From the NCBI GenBank assembly GCA_031835245.2, contig JAVKOQ020000024.1, forward strand, positions 62,001-126,000: a stretch of DNA of 64,000 nt, in the 5' to 3' direction. This document shows, in pieces, positions 35,076 through 46,538 of this stretch. Source of the stretch: Balamuthia mandrillaris. Its lineage: Eukaryota. The notes beneath the pieces were generated by a model. It made no database searches and had not been told where the DNA came from. It saw nothing but the letters and a program-made list of their open reading frames with translations. Made by a program: the position numbers and the translations under genes. Positions within the stretch are counted from its first letter, which is position 1. Each line of letters begins with the position of its first letter.

Positions 35076-38014
35076 CCCTCTGCTCACAATGTAACAAATC
35101 CATTGCAGTGAATGGCTTTGATAAGGCCAACTTTTCTCAAGTCATCGTGCATGAAGAACTCTACATGAAGCCGCCTGTTCACCCAGATGCCGCCGAGAAT
35201 GAACTCGGCAAAGCCAACATGATCACCGTTTATGCAGGTGCCGATTGGACTGAAGTTCTCCAGAACAACATCCACGTGCAAACGCCATCTTTAGTTTTGT
35301 ACGAAAGCCTTGATAGAAGTGGCAGTAACGGCACGACTTTTGTGAACAAAACAAGCTCTCTCGATAAAGCCTATGAGATGAAAGTAACATCTGGTGACCC
35401 GTGCCGTTTTGACCCGCTCACTCCTGAAAACGGTCCCGATAGCTGTCAAGAAAGCACCTCTCGCCACGACTTGAGTTTTTTGCTTTCCTCTTCCATCGCC
35501 ATCCCTGAGTGTCCTGTCTGTGCGTATTTTCGTTTCATTTGGTTGAGCTACACGTGCTCTCTATCTAATCCGTTCTATCAAATAAGATGGTTGTCCTGGC
35601 ATCCCCGAATGCTCCAACCGAGGCTATTGTGAGGATGGCTATTGCATTTGTAACGAAGGCTGGGCTGATCTGGATTGCAGTGCTGGTCAGAAATCCTTCT
35701 TGTTCCTCGTCTTATTTCTTGTTCTTCTTGTTCTTGTTCTTGTTCTTCATCTTCTTGCTTCTTCTTCTTCTTCTTCTTCTTCTTCTTCTTCTTCTTCTTG
35801 TTGTTGTTGTTGTTCTTCTTCTTTTTCTTCTTTATTCTTGTGTTCGTGTCTTTGTCATCTTGTTCTTCTTCTTCTTGTGCTTGTTCTTCTTGTTCTTGTA
35901 CTTGTTCTTCTTCCTCTTCTTCTTGTTCTTCTTCTTCTTCTTCTTCTTCTTCTTCTTCTTCTTCTTCTTTCTTCTTTCTTCTTTCTTCTTTCTTCTTTCT
36001 TCTTTCTTTCTTTCTTCTTTCTTCTTTTTTCTTTCTTCTTTCTTCTTTTTTATGTCCAATCTGCTTGTTTAGTTTGTAATGCTTTGTTTTTTGTGGGTGT
36101 GTTTCCAAAGAGGATTGCCCAGGGAGCCCAGATTGTAATGGCCATGGCCATTGTTTAGTGGATAGCAGGGATGACACACCAAAATGTCAATGCCTTGATG
36201 GTATTATATTTCTAACTATATGTTTCCTACTTTCGTTGATGTTTTCTCTTACTCTTAAAAAAATACAGGATGGAAAGGAGAGGCTTGCCAAACAGCGGAA
36301 TGCCCGAACGATTGCACGGATGAGGAACATGGCTACTGCGACTCTACCACATTGACCCCCACCTGCGTTTGCCATGTGGGTTATCTGTTGGGTCCTCAAC
36401 TGGATTGTTCGCTTCCTTTTCAACGATGTCCAGGTATTGTCGCCTGTTTTCTGCATATTTCTATATCTTCAGCAAGCTCAACAAAAAAGCATTTAGGATT
36501 GGAAGAACAATGCTCAGGGTTCGGAACGTGCAACAACCAAACGGGAAACTGCTCTTGCATGCCAGGGCGAACGGGAGCGGACTGTTCCATCCCAGTGTGC
36601 GAAGGAAACCCCAACCAATGTTCTCATCACGGGCTTTGCCTTTGGGATGAGCAAAGCAACAAGGCGTTTTGTGATTGTGATGAAGGATGGGGTGGAGAGG
36701 ATTGTTCTATTCCCAAGTGCTCAACATGTTCAGGCCATGGCGTTTGTGTGACGGAGTTGGATCCACCGAGATGCCTTTGTGATGGCCCCAAGGACATTGT
36801 TATCGGGGACGTTTCGCTCAGCGACGCTGAAGGATGGACGGGTGAAGAATGTGCAGAGCTGGTGATGAACTGTAACTCAGAGGAAAGTAAGTGCGGAGCA
36901 CGATGTGGAGATAATGGCGATGAAGGATACGGATGCATGACCAATGAGTGCCCAGAAGGATGGAAAGGATGGGACTGCGCCACACGTTCGTTATTTTCCT
37001 GCTTGTTTTGTTCTGTTCTTTCCACTGAGCGCGTTTGTTATTGTTGTAGCGGTGTGCGTAAATACAGGGAATCCCGAATGTAACGGACATGGGCAGTGTG
37101 TTGCAAGAGAAAGAAACTCAACACCACAATGTGAATGCAGAGAAGGCTGGCTTCCTCCTGATTGTCGTTTGGGTACTTCTCTTCCTCTGTCACACATCCT
37201 CTTCTCTTCTCTTAGTGGTTTTCTTCTTCTTTCTCTTCTCTTCAACGTTCTCTTCATATCTTCGCTTTTCTTCTCTTCATTTTATTAAAAATATCAATTC
37301 GAAAAAGCGATTTGTAGTGCCGAAGATGGAGAGAAAGAATGTTCAGGACGAGGGAGGTGCAATCTTCAACTCTCTCCTCCGCAGTGTCAATGCGATGCTT
37401 TCGCTTATGGTCCCTTTTGTCAAACTTGTTCGTCCTCCCTCTCTCTTCTTGCTTTCGTTTCTTCCTGTTGACTCATACATGAACGCAAAGATGATCCTCC
37501 ATGTGCTGGAGAGCCAGAATGTTCAGGCCGTGGCCAGTGCAATAACGGAACTTGCCACTGTGATGAGGATTGGCGAGGCTTGGATTGTTCCATTATTGGT
37601 AACGCAAACGTTCTTCTCCTTGTTCTTCTTCTTTCAGCTTCTTTCTTTTCTTGGAGTTCGTTGCTGTTTCTCTGACAACGACACCGTCAAACAGATCATC
37701 AAGGAGAATGCGCCAACAATTGTTCTTCGAACGGAGTGTGCAAACCATCGTCCTCATCAGGAGGAGAGAACCTCCTTCCTGTTTGTCATTGTTTCGAAGG
37801 ATGGACTGGCACGGATTGTTCGCGCTCTAAAGCAAACCAAGAAGAGGAAGACTTCATGGAGGAGCATCCCTGGGCTCTTCCCGTTATTGTGGTCAGCGCT
37901 GTGGTGCTGCTGACTGGTGGAACGATCGTTGTTGCTGGAGGCATCATGGTGTATCGCCACCGAGCCGCAATGAGGCAAACCCCCGAGTCTGCCATTGGCA
38001 TGATCAATTATTAA
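28648..38014 (+). CDS. EGF/tenascin-like repeat type I membrane protein, paralogue B; intron 1 (28767-34194) contains the retroelement
   Basis: Exon 1 MKNAKQ…ATLRWRNAGISGYW ends at 28766; exon 2 (W)DDPTNW resumes at ~34195; same exon series as A, C and D. Confidence 0.85.
28767..29106 (-). repeat. 3' terminal direct repeat (pLTR), 340 bp
   Basis: Identical by eye to 33790-34129; the ORF track shows the same peptide (NDTLRVRL…KRILFQE) from both copies. Confidence 0.95.
28899..32885 (-). CDS. Retroelement ORF2: GIY-YIG endonuclease + reverse transcriptase, 1328 aa
   Basis: VIYALYS…PIYVGWTSRT…R…KAEHYWI…LN (GIY-YIG); CRC…GH; TDK…N…CK; IPKRHK…RPI; AFDIDGFYNNI; GIGQGVNHGPDLANFY; RKIDD; VDYLDTTI. 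Confidence 0.93.
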   Translation of the reverse strand: MPVSSTSKRQPASTVKVNRGNVWLAHRQPTGFVLPPLPTPLPPPLLPPLPTETKVRNVPQYVPPHRRDVPHVARPRTGTATTLKHAVVTHAPVPAPVPTPALTLAPAPAPPHALAPCLAHALAPCLAHALAPSPTHQPLRSEVKPPPHLPTPPRWRQTCSTPSPLLATTRYPTRQYPQTSPFVSPSVGQKPTTPAATRRTAKRDVPTRKEMEQTALNAHNNPATFTEKRLHRIRQRFLALKKLSTPSPTSTNRVIYALYSFKYNRSPIYVGWTSRTACTRVLQEISAAYSPNRVHNIALSRFIRRCGGSYISVIPLQQVPEDMEPLKAEHYWIHALQTQARWRYDQKLNHHSHHANKHRRLRNKKKFNPPIHVRRHPPCHQPTVQPPSFFFPSSPSSPSSSPSSSSSSSPPTLPPPSLLPLSVSVYAPGNSRQRSKQPSNLPKPRCHRDYFRRVYSLMKVKDSKLKDHLAHIRDRHIRGMLSAIIGKRLTTSGKALPPSVQVTQHHHRVCNTLTAERRKTLRDALLERLDNSHAKPSSKKRPPRHPLPLEYCAMLFERIGLHNIFHKAAQFLPEPLRWEGIKPVFYRGRSVGAALINAKKVVRDTTPNDIFSPAPCRCKEERFASFTNCYGHVDTCDPKVVLALSRSSAASQLCSLIYKGSKHVERESPPVHVIIDRLRGDTERFITQKTEKLGLLPSDLYNWQQEVLRLAHERLTSHQQYTPVHQAVINSSSTRSLIKRMKDLWAISLTDKLSGNLSFVCKAHMRLRHFNYLFDTKLSLSAPFTTFPSSTNRDVFPIPATSPYTLLQEGEESIIKAHALFLHRYKISAPKGLVTHYIIPKRHKDKPAERPITAALKTTTTPLCKYLHHFLRLLLDELKKEARLHKLHTGLNWFWSIETSAEVVQRLQEWNENPKEEAISVCAFDIDGFYNNIDQDDLIRALKEEAIRIAKRRRRSHILVNLKGAQWTGNLRSKATISHGSHIFSVEQILELLQWQIKNCVVRYGNVVLKQDRGIGQGVNHGPDLANFYACHYERKFMLQLQKTEPHVAHIFSKSVRKIDDIALFNNPYVHQYQYTDGKSLGLYPKGILSLQLQNKPPFQSVDYLDTTIFITQPPPDYSGSKTRVWCAQTFNKTDKFSLPHFNYPQRDTDLPDHIIYGVFTSRLHSLAITNMRPQSFLANVAKLMRKLTEKNGLCPFRLTTQLQRFLKQRRTLYGRHHKVLHFLFLRKYRRGIVRTSRGLEPSLTTKNSMRSSKQLSMHRNDTLRVRLYRAGHPRRSLPSLSNKVLLSKETEKIRTNQSGTTGTPKRKNHKNNILASGCICKRILFQE
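32227..33690 (-). CDS. Retroelement ORF1: Pro-rich N-terminus, GRF-type zinc finger, probable coiled coil, RS-rich tract, 487 aa
   Basis: CKKCSNWCRVRVVSKSDKGNRGRRYWWCQSCKQFQAFAD resembles zf-GRF; heptad-like EIVSQV…RLEHLKK; RSRSRSRSHSRSHSRSRSRS; ATG 100 nt inside the upstream repeat boundary. Confidence 0.7.
   Translation of the reverse strand: MNPPNSFAASPFGLPPGAFSTGQPPVFFPASALPPPTAYYPPSGQYPPPNFPSPYTTTPLVFPYSTQATNTGQQAPFATATSQPSNKGDWDSHDPSFSGRCKKCSNWCRVRVVSKSDKGNRGRRYWWCQSCKQFQAFADPHGTVYDPNVHPPISRVLDDGVTLLFKVGSEPEKSTNPAASQQASPPLSSSTAIAVLPPPPAPSSSSAATSSSSSSSSRRRRQKTSDSSATTANNPASDEIVSQVEDEATVVKEHARLLQLHTTQVRSIYARLEHLKKAAGLDCKGQPRERLVGSPATYRLRSTSSANPSSSSPATSSSHRDKGKERTPIRSPSPKRRAARSKTEDRNRYNPKTRRCYARSRSRSRSHSRSHSRSRSRSSSRTRSMSRSRTRSMSRSRTRSLSHSPTPPLRGQAPTSPPNPTQMATNLLNSIAAASNHQVPNPAVPANKPVRLAKRRAKANNASSDPKNGKERRSHPKGNGTNSSQRS
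33790..34129 (-). repeat. 5' terminal direct repeat (pLTR), 340 bp
   Basis: Copy of 28767-29106, offset 5023 bp. Confidence 0.95.
35700..36050. repeat. TTC/TTG microsatellite in an intron of paralogue B
   Basis: Seen directly. Confidence 0.9.
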
Positions 38015-38474
38015 AGCTTTATGTTAGATGATAGAGAACGCATAAAACCCTTGCAAAGCTAAACAGCCACTCTCTTGGTTCCTGCTCCAGGTACTGTTCA
38101 TGGTTTTGGTGCTTGTTTTGTTTTCGGTTCAGTCCCAACTGTTTGTGGCCGGTGAGCAAGAACCGAAGGTGACCTTTTTGCTCGACAACCAATGCATACA
38201 TAGCGTCAAACGGGATGGACGAGGAGCTGCTCGCGTTTTCACCAACGAAGATGATGATGTTATTCTCCGGTGACCTTTTTAGATGATGCTTGCCTTGTTT
38301 GATCAAAGTCATATATACAGTGGCTATATTAATGAGCGTTTTATATGCACCGGCCTATAAGTGAATTTGCAGGATTATCGGCAGTACCAGCGGTTCAACG
38401 AACCTGGCAGAACACCGTTGAACGGAAAATAAACACACACCACACACAAAGCAGACCAAAGCAAGGAGGAAAAG

Positions 38475-41400
38475 ATGCCGATCCGGCGTTTGTTTGTTCT
38501 CTCGTGCTTCCTCCTGTTGGGTCTTGTTGCTACTTCCTCGCACGGAGCTGTTATGCGTTGGAGAACAGCTGGGATAAGCGGCTCATGGTAGGGTTTGGTC
38601 TTTGTCCCCTTTCAGCGACGTGCCGTGTTAACTGTGCCGCCCCACCCAACGCACACGACACACCAAAAAATAGGGATGACCCAACGAATTGGGTGGAAGA
38701 AGACACGGGCGCAGCACGGGTGCCAACGAAAGACGACGACGTCATTCTAGGTGGCTCTGTGGATTATTTTTACTTTAGCGTTTACACCGTTACTGTTCAA
38801 GTTCGTCACCTCCTTCCTCTAGCGTCTTTACCTCACCTCTTACTTTTGCAAAACCAGAGGCTTGGTAGACCGGTCCAAGTTAACAGCTTGACCCTTGAAG
38901 CCTGCCAGAAGTGCGAGAACACGATGCTGAGCGATTATATGCTGTGGAATGGGACAGAGTACCTCTTTCGAACTGCCTCCGCTGGCAGCGGGGGCTATTT
39001 GTGTGGAGTCAGTTTGGACATTGTTGCCCCCACCACCTTGGTGGTGCGGGGCGCAGTGAGTGTAGGAACGAACTCAGTCCTAAGGCTGTGTGGCGCCGAA
39101 CATGACCCACGGCTCGTTCCGTACTGCCTTCCTCGCCTCTTCTGTCGTTATTCTTATCTAGTATTTCTTCTTCTTCCTCCTCCTCGCCTTCTTGTTCTTA
39201 TTCTTCTTGTTTTTCTTCTTCGTGTTCTTTTTCTTGATCTTCTTCTCCTTGTTCTTCTCTTCTTCTTCTTCTTCATCTTCTTCTGTCCTTCGTTTGCAGG
39301 ACAATACAGCTGAATGGAGGCACGTTGACAATCGAAACGGCAGCAAAGCTGACAGGAAATGGGGCCATCCACGGCAACGTTATAGCTAAGTATCCATCCG
39401 AAATATTCCCGTTGGTGTGGTGGCAAGGCCAGCCTTATCCTCTAGAAGGAGGGCTTGGCGGGACGCTCCATTTCTACGGCAATCTATCGCTGGAATGGCC
39501 TATTCTGCATGTTTTTGGTGCGTTCTCTTTCTTTCCTCTCATACTATGGGTTTTTTCTGTTCTTCTTCCTCGCCTTCGTCTTCTTTATACTTCTTTCTTT
39601 TGGCCCTTGCTCTGAAAATCTGTTTTGTTCTCATGACTGTAACAACAGTAAGTGGTTTCGCGAAAAGCAACTTTTCGCAGTTGGTCATTCACGAGGAGCT
39701 GCACATGATGCCCATGGAAAACTTTGTTGGCACAACTTTGCGCGTACATCTGAGCGATGCGTTATCTGCTCTTGTCAGTTCTGTAGAAGACCAGATCCTT
39801 CGTTCTCCGTCGTTTATATTGTTCGAGAATATGAGCGGAGATAACGGAACAACCAGGGTGGAAGCCCATAACTTCGACTTTACACAAGTACAATTGGAGT
39901 TTGAGCCAGTACTATATGTGCTTAACTGCCCTGCTACTTCTTACGGGGAGGCAGGCCCTTCAAACTGTCAGGAACGAACCTCTCGTCACGATCTCAGTTT
40001 TCTGTTGTCCGGTTCAAACATTCATGACAACGAATGTCCTGCGTGTACGGTTTCTTTTTTCTTTGGCTTATACACTTTGTTTAGATCTGAACTCACATAC
40101 GACAACAGATAGTTGTCCAGGGGTTCCAGAATGCTCAGGACGAGGAAGATGTGAGGATGGCGGTTGTGTTTGCAACTCCGGATGGGCTGGCCTTGATTGT
40201 AGTGCTGGTATGCCATTAGGCTTTGCTGGTTATTTTTTTTTTGTTGTTCTTGTTCTGCTCTGCTTCTCACCTTCGATTACTACTCAAAGAGGATTGTCCA
40301 GGAAGTCCCGATTGTAACAGCCACGGATATTGTTTGGTTGATAGTGCTGATGACACTCCCAAATGTCAATGCCTCGATGGTGAGGTCTCCCTTCCTTATT
40401 GGTTTTGTTTATCTCTGCTCATCAATCCAAAGGATGGAGCGGAGGAGCGTGTGAAACAGCAGAATGTCCGAATGATTGCACAGATGATGCACATGGCTAC
40501 TGCGACTCCTCATCGATCATTCCAAAATGTGTTTGTTACGTTGGGTATGTTTTAGGGCCGATGGAAGATTGTTCTGTCCGTTCGTTGCGGTGCCCAGGTT
40601 CGCTTCCCTTCTTTTGTTATCGAAGTTTCCTTCCCTTTCTTATACGCATCCAAAGGTTTGGGAGAAGAGTGTTCAGGGTTCGAAACGTGCAACAACCAAA
40701 CAGGAAACTGCTCTTGCGTACCAGGCCGAACGGGAGCGGACTGTTCCATCCCAGTGTGCGAAGGAAACCCCAACCAATGTTCTCATCACGGGCTTTGCCT
40801 TTGGGATGAGCAAAGCAACAAGGCGTTTTGTGATTGTGATGAAGGATGGGGTGGAGAGGATTGTTCCCTCCCTCAATGTCCTTCTTCTTCTTGTTCTGGT
40901 CATGGCGTTTGTGTGACGGAGTTGGATCCTCCAAGATGTTTGTGTGATGGACCTGAAGAACTTCTTCCTTTCTTCACAACGGATCCACCTCCATATCAAG
41001 GTTGGACCGGGGACCAATGTCAACAGCTAGTGACAAACTGCAACTCAGATGAGAGCCGTTGCGGATCGAGATGTGGAACATCGGACGCTGAGAGCTATGG
41101 ATGCAGGATGGACGAATGTCCAGATGGTTGGAGAGGATGGGATTGTTCTACGCGTTCGTACCTCAGCTTTACTCTTTTTTCTTTTCTACCTGCCTCATCC
41201 TGACTTCATCATTCTTCATTGGCACAGCGGTGTGCATTAACACCGGGAATCCAGAGTGTCAAGGGCATGGCAGATGCGTGGCACAAGATACTAACTCGCC
41301 ACCACATTGCGAATGCAGAGAAGGATGGCTGCCTCCCGATTGTCGCTTAGGTACGTGGGCCAGGAAGCTTGCACACCGAAGAATTCCTACTGACTAATCA

Positions 41401-42072
41401 ACTTCAGCCATTTGTAGCGTGGGCGAAGGAAAAAAAGAATGTTCAGGGCGAGGCAAATGCATGGTTCATTTCTCACCCCCACGATGTCAATGTGATCCCT
41501 TCGCCTACGGCCCCCTGTGTGAACAATGTTGGTGATAATCTTCTTTCTTTTGCTCCATGTGTTTCTCATCGTGTTTTATTATCTCATAGATGAACCGCCC
41601 TGTCCAGGAGGAGAGCAAGAATGTTCAAGTCACGGCCAATGTATAAACGGAACTTGCCGATTGGAGAGGCTTAGATTGTTCTATCATCGGTAAACTCTTT
41701 TCTTTCCTTCGCTTTTCTGGGGTGTATTCATTTCGTCTGACTCAAATAACAGACCACCAAGGCGAATGCGCCAACAACTGTTCCTCGAACGGAGTGTGCA
41801 AGCCATCGTCCTCATCAGGAGGAGAGAACCTCCTTCCTGTTTGTCATTGCTTTGAGGGATGGTTCGGCACGGACTGTTCTCGCTCGAGTGAAGATGAGGA
41901 AAAGGAAGAGGACTTCATGGAGGAGAATCCCTGGGCCGTTCCTGTTATTGTAATATCAATAGTTGCAATGGCCGCTATGGTTTTAGCTTCGCTCTCCATT
42001 GTGGTTTATCGGAGAAAAGTTGCTTTCAAGAGGGCATCACAAAGAGAAACGAGAAAAACCGTCAACTTCTAA
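38475..42072 (+). CDS. EGF/tenascin-like repeat membrane protein, paralogue C (frameshift near the 3' end; possible pseudogene or secreted form)
   Basis: MPIRRLF…AVMRWRTAGISGSW|DDPTNW; EGF exons; 11-nt deletion at ~41658 relative to the paralogues. Confidence 0.75.
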
Positions 42073-42121
42073 CAACTCATTTGTGTTGTTGCCTTAATGT
42101 ACATAAAGAGATTTATTGTTG

Positions 42122-44727
42122 TTAAAAATTTATACGGTGGCGAGATGCGGAGACAGTAACCCTCAATGCCGCTCTTTGCCGATAAAACACAACGCCACCA
42201 ACTGTGGCCGTCGCAGCAATCAACAACACAACAATCATGACCACGATCAGAGGAACGGCCCATGGATGCTCTTCCATGAAGTCCTCTGCTTTTTCTCCTG
42301 CTTCGGAGGAGGAGCGAGAACAGTCCGTGCCGAACCATCCCTCAAAGCAATGACAAACTGGAAGAAGGTTCTCTCCTGATGAGGACGATGGTTTGCACAC
42401 TCCGTTCGAGGAACAGTTGTTGGCGCATTCGCCTTGATGGTCTTTTGATGTTTAAACAAGCCGTAGAAGAAGTTAAAGGTGATGAAAAAAGAAAGGAACA
42501 CAAATGGTACAAACCAATGATGGAGCAATCCAAGCCTCGCCAATCCTCGTTGCATTGGCACGTTCCATTAGTGCACTGGCCATGACCTGAACATTCTATT
42601 TCTCCTGCACATGGAGGATCATCTGTCATTGTTGTTGTTAAGGGATTGTTGCGTGTAAGCGACAGAGACAGAGAATTGAAGAACGAAAGGCATGCCAGAC
42701 GTACAAAGCTCGCAAAGAGGACCATAGGCAAATGGATCACATTCACACCGTGGAGGAGACAGATGAAGATTGCATTTGCCGCGACCTGAGCATTCCTTTT
42801 GTCCTGCTTCTACACTGCACATTGCTGAGTTGTTTGTTAATGTTTGTTTGTTCTGGAGTTAAACCTAAAATTGTGGAACTGCTGGTATATCGTACCTAAA
42901 TGACAATCGGGAGGCAGCCATCCTTCTCTGCATTCACAGTGTGGTGGCGAGTTTGTATCCTGTGTCACACATCTGCCATGCCCATGACACTCTGGATTCC
43001 CGGTGTTGATGCACACCGCTGCACCAATAAACGATAACAATGCGTTAACACTGAAGATAAAGAACAAAGAAAAACGGATACGAACGAGTAGTGCAGTCCC
43101 ATCCTTTCCATCCTTCTGGGCACTCGTTTGTCATACATCCATATCCTTCATCTTCATTATCTCCACATCGTGCCCCACACCGACTTTCCTCTGAGTTACA
43201 ATCCAGCACGAGTACCTCACATCTTCCTCCAGTCCACCCTTCTGCATCACTCATCGATGCAGTCTCTCCAACCAGAATGTCTTTGGGTGCATCACAAAGA
43301 CATCTCGGTGGATCCAACTCCGTCACACAAACGCCATGACCAGAACAAGAAGAAGAAGGACATTGAGGGAGGGAACAATCCTCTCCACCCCATCCTTCAT
43401 CACAATCACAAAACGCCTTGTTGCTTTGCTCATCCCAAAGGCAAAGCCCGTGATGAGAACATTGGTTGGGAGTTCCTTCGCACACTGGGATGGAACAGTC
43501 CGCTCCTGTTCGCCCTGGCATGCAAGAGCAGTTTCCTGTTTGGTTGTTGCACGTTCCGAACCCTGAGCAGACTGTCGGCAATCCTTTGTGATTGTGGCAC
43601 GTAAGAGATGGGCTACCATAGGGGTTAATGAGCAAAATAATAAAATACCTGGACATCGTTGAAAAGGAAGCGAACAATCCAGTTGAGGACCCAACAGATA
43701 ACCCACATGGCAAACGCAGGTGGGGGTCAATGTGGTAGAGTCGCAGTAGCCATGTTCCTCATCCGTGCAATCGTTCGGGCATTCCGCTGTTTGGCAAGCC
43801 TCTCCTTTCCATCCTGTTTTCGTGAAAAAAATTCAACACTCAGTGCTGTTATCAACAGGATTAAAAAAAATGAAACGTGCGAAACCTTCAAGGCATCGAC
43901 ACCTTGGAGTATTGTCTTTGTCATCCACCAAACAAAACCCATGACCGCTACAGTCGGGCGTTCCTGGACAATCCTCTGTTTAAGACAAAGAATCGCAGGT
44001 TAGTGGTCTTTCAGAAATAAAAACACAAAAAACATCACCTGCACTGCAGTCAAGGTTGGCCCAGCCTTTATTGCAAACGCAGTAACCATCCTCACAACGT
44101 CCTTGGCCAGAACATTCAGGAACGCCTGGACAACCATCTATTTCATAGGAGGAGGAATCAATTAAGATGACCGAAGAAGGCAGGAAAGCGAGAAAGGTGT
44201 GAAGAGGATCTCGTACACGCAGGACACTCGGGAATCGCCCCGGAAGCGGAAAGCAAAAAGCTCAAATCGTGACGAGAGGTGCTCTCCTGGCAACTGTCGG
44301 GTCCAAGTGTAGGCTGTATGGGCTTACCAGAACATGGTGCTTCGAAAATATTTACAGCATTGGCAGTTAAAATATAGCTTCGTTTTGCTACGAATGTTGC
44401 TCCGGTACTCCCGCTGATGCTTTGGTATAGAACCAAAGATGGGGTTCGAACGTTGCTGGTCTGAAGGAGAGAGGTCCAGTGAGATCCCGCATGGATGCCG
44501 ATCACGTTTGCTTGGTCGAGGAAGTTGTCGGTGGCGTTTGGGAACAGAGGGGGTTTCATGTAGAGATCTTGGTGAACGATGACTTGAGAAAAATTGGACT
44601 TGTCGAAACCGTTCACTGCAGTGGTTTTATAGGAATAGAACATTAGAGGAGCAAGAATAGGATGACAACACGAAGAGCCAAAGTGGAGAAAAAGTAGAGA
44701 AGAGGAGATAAGGAGAGTTAGAGATAC

Positions 44728-44771
<44 letters not shown>

Positions 44772-46231
44772 ACCGAAAAAAAGAAGTTCAGCCCAATAGA
44801 GAGAAAGGTTGCCAAAGAAGTGAAGGGAGCCCGCAAGCCCACTCTCATTGGCATAGAGTTCTTCCTTCCAACAAACTACAGGGGTGATGAGCGAGCCCTC
44901 ATCAGCAATCACGTTGCCAAACACCTCTCCATTTCCGGTCAATTTGCCTTTCTGAAGCCATAAGCCTCCTTCACCAAACTTCACTTGGCTGAAGTGTTTT
45001 AAAATAAAACAAAGTCAAATAAAAGAACACGGCAAAGAGAGAAGAGAAAAGAAAACAACGAACGCTGTAAGCCATGGGTCTTCGTCACTTCCGCTGAGCC
45101 TCAGAATAGAGTTGGAGCTGACCATCATGGCGTCCCTCACCACAAAGGTGGTTGGGGCAATCACGTCCAACACGACCCCGCAATAGACGCCGTCTGAGGA
45201 CTCAGCTTTACTTCTTTCAAGGTAATGCGTGCCATTCCAAATGTGAAATGAGTGGAAGATGCTAGCAACGCAAAGCTTGCATGAGTACGTTATCACCGAG
45301 TTCACCTCCACAGGTCGGTCAAGCCGCTGGTTTATTTTGTGCTATTATTAGAAGAAAAGGAGCAGGAAGAGCACGAGGGAGAAAGAAGCAAGAAGCAGAA
45401 TAAAGAAGAAGAAGAAGAAGAGAAGAAGAAGAGAAGAAGAAGAAGAAGAAGAAGAAGAAGAAGAAGAAGAAGAAGAAGAAGAAGAAGAAGAAGAAGAAGA
45501 AGAAGAAGAAGAAGAACAAGAACAAGAAGAACAAGAAGAAGAAGAAGAAGAAGAAGAAGAAGAAGAAGAAGAAGAAGAAGAAGAACAAGAACAAGAAGAA
45601 CAAGAAGAAGAAGAAGAAGAAGAACAAGAAGAAGAAGAAGAAGAAGAACAAGAAGAACAAGAACAAGAAGAAGAAGAAGAAGAAGAACAAGAAGAAGAAG
45701 AAGAAGAAGAAGAACAAGAAGAACAAGAACAAGAAGAACAAGAAGAAGAAGAAGAAGAAGAAGAACAAGAACAAGAAGAAGAAGAAGAAGAAGAAGCAAG
45801 AAGAAGCAAGAAGAAGCAAGAAGAAGCAAGAAGAAGAACAAGAACAAGAACAAAAAGAAATCAAAAAGGAACAAACGTGGATAAGAATAGTATAAACGCC
45901 GTGAAAACGGTAGTCCACAGTGCCCCCAAGAACAACGTCGTCATCTTCGTTGGGGACGCGTGCTGCTCCCGTGCCTTCCTCCATCCAGTTCGTTGGGTCA
46001 TCCCTTATTTTTAAAAAAATATGGGGAAAGAGCAGCGCCCCTGTGAGCAGCTTGACTTTGAGCCAATAAAAAGAATAAGTACCAGTAACCACTAAGCCCG
46101 GTGTTTCTCCACCGAAGAACGGCAGCGTCACACCCAGCAGGCTCCCACAACGAAAGGAGAAGCAGGGGCAGTAGCGGCAGCACCGCAAATGCAGGTTGAA
46201 AGGACGGAGATCCCGCAGTGCTCCCCTTCAT
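42122..46231 (-). CDS. EGF/tenascin-like repeat type I membrane protein, paralogue D (no lesion seen)
   Basis: MKGSTAG…AVLRWRNTGLSGYW|DDPTNW, same exon series, TM HPWAVPLIVVMIV…, ends HRINF*. Confidence 0.85.
45385..45860. repeat. GAA/CAA microsatellite in an intron of paralogue D
   Basis: Seen directly. Confidence 0.9.
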
Positions 46232-46538
46232 TCACCCTTCCTTCGCTCCTTCCGGGAGTCTCACCGTTTGCCCCGAGCAGCTCGTTAATAATGACCATCC
46301 TAATGAATCTCGTAGTCGCTTCGCGGCGCATTACGTAGGATTGGATCGGGAGGTAACCCAAAAGACCGATATTTTGATTTTTAGTTGGTGGTTTGAAATT
46401 TTTCAAAGATCAATTCATTGTGATCGTCTACAAATATTGTGACACGTCACCCCTCCCGTCTCCCATTGGCCACTAAAGCTTCCTCTCGCGGCGCAATACC
46501 GGGCGAGGGGAGTACCATAATGTTCACAATCGATTGAT

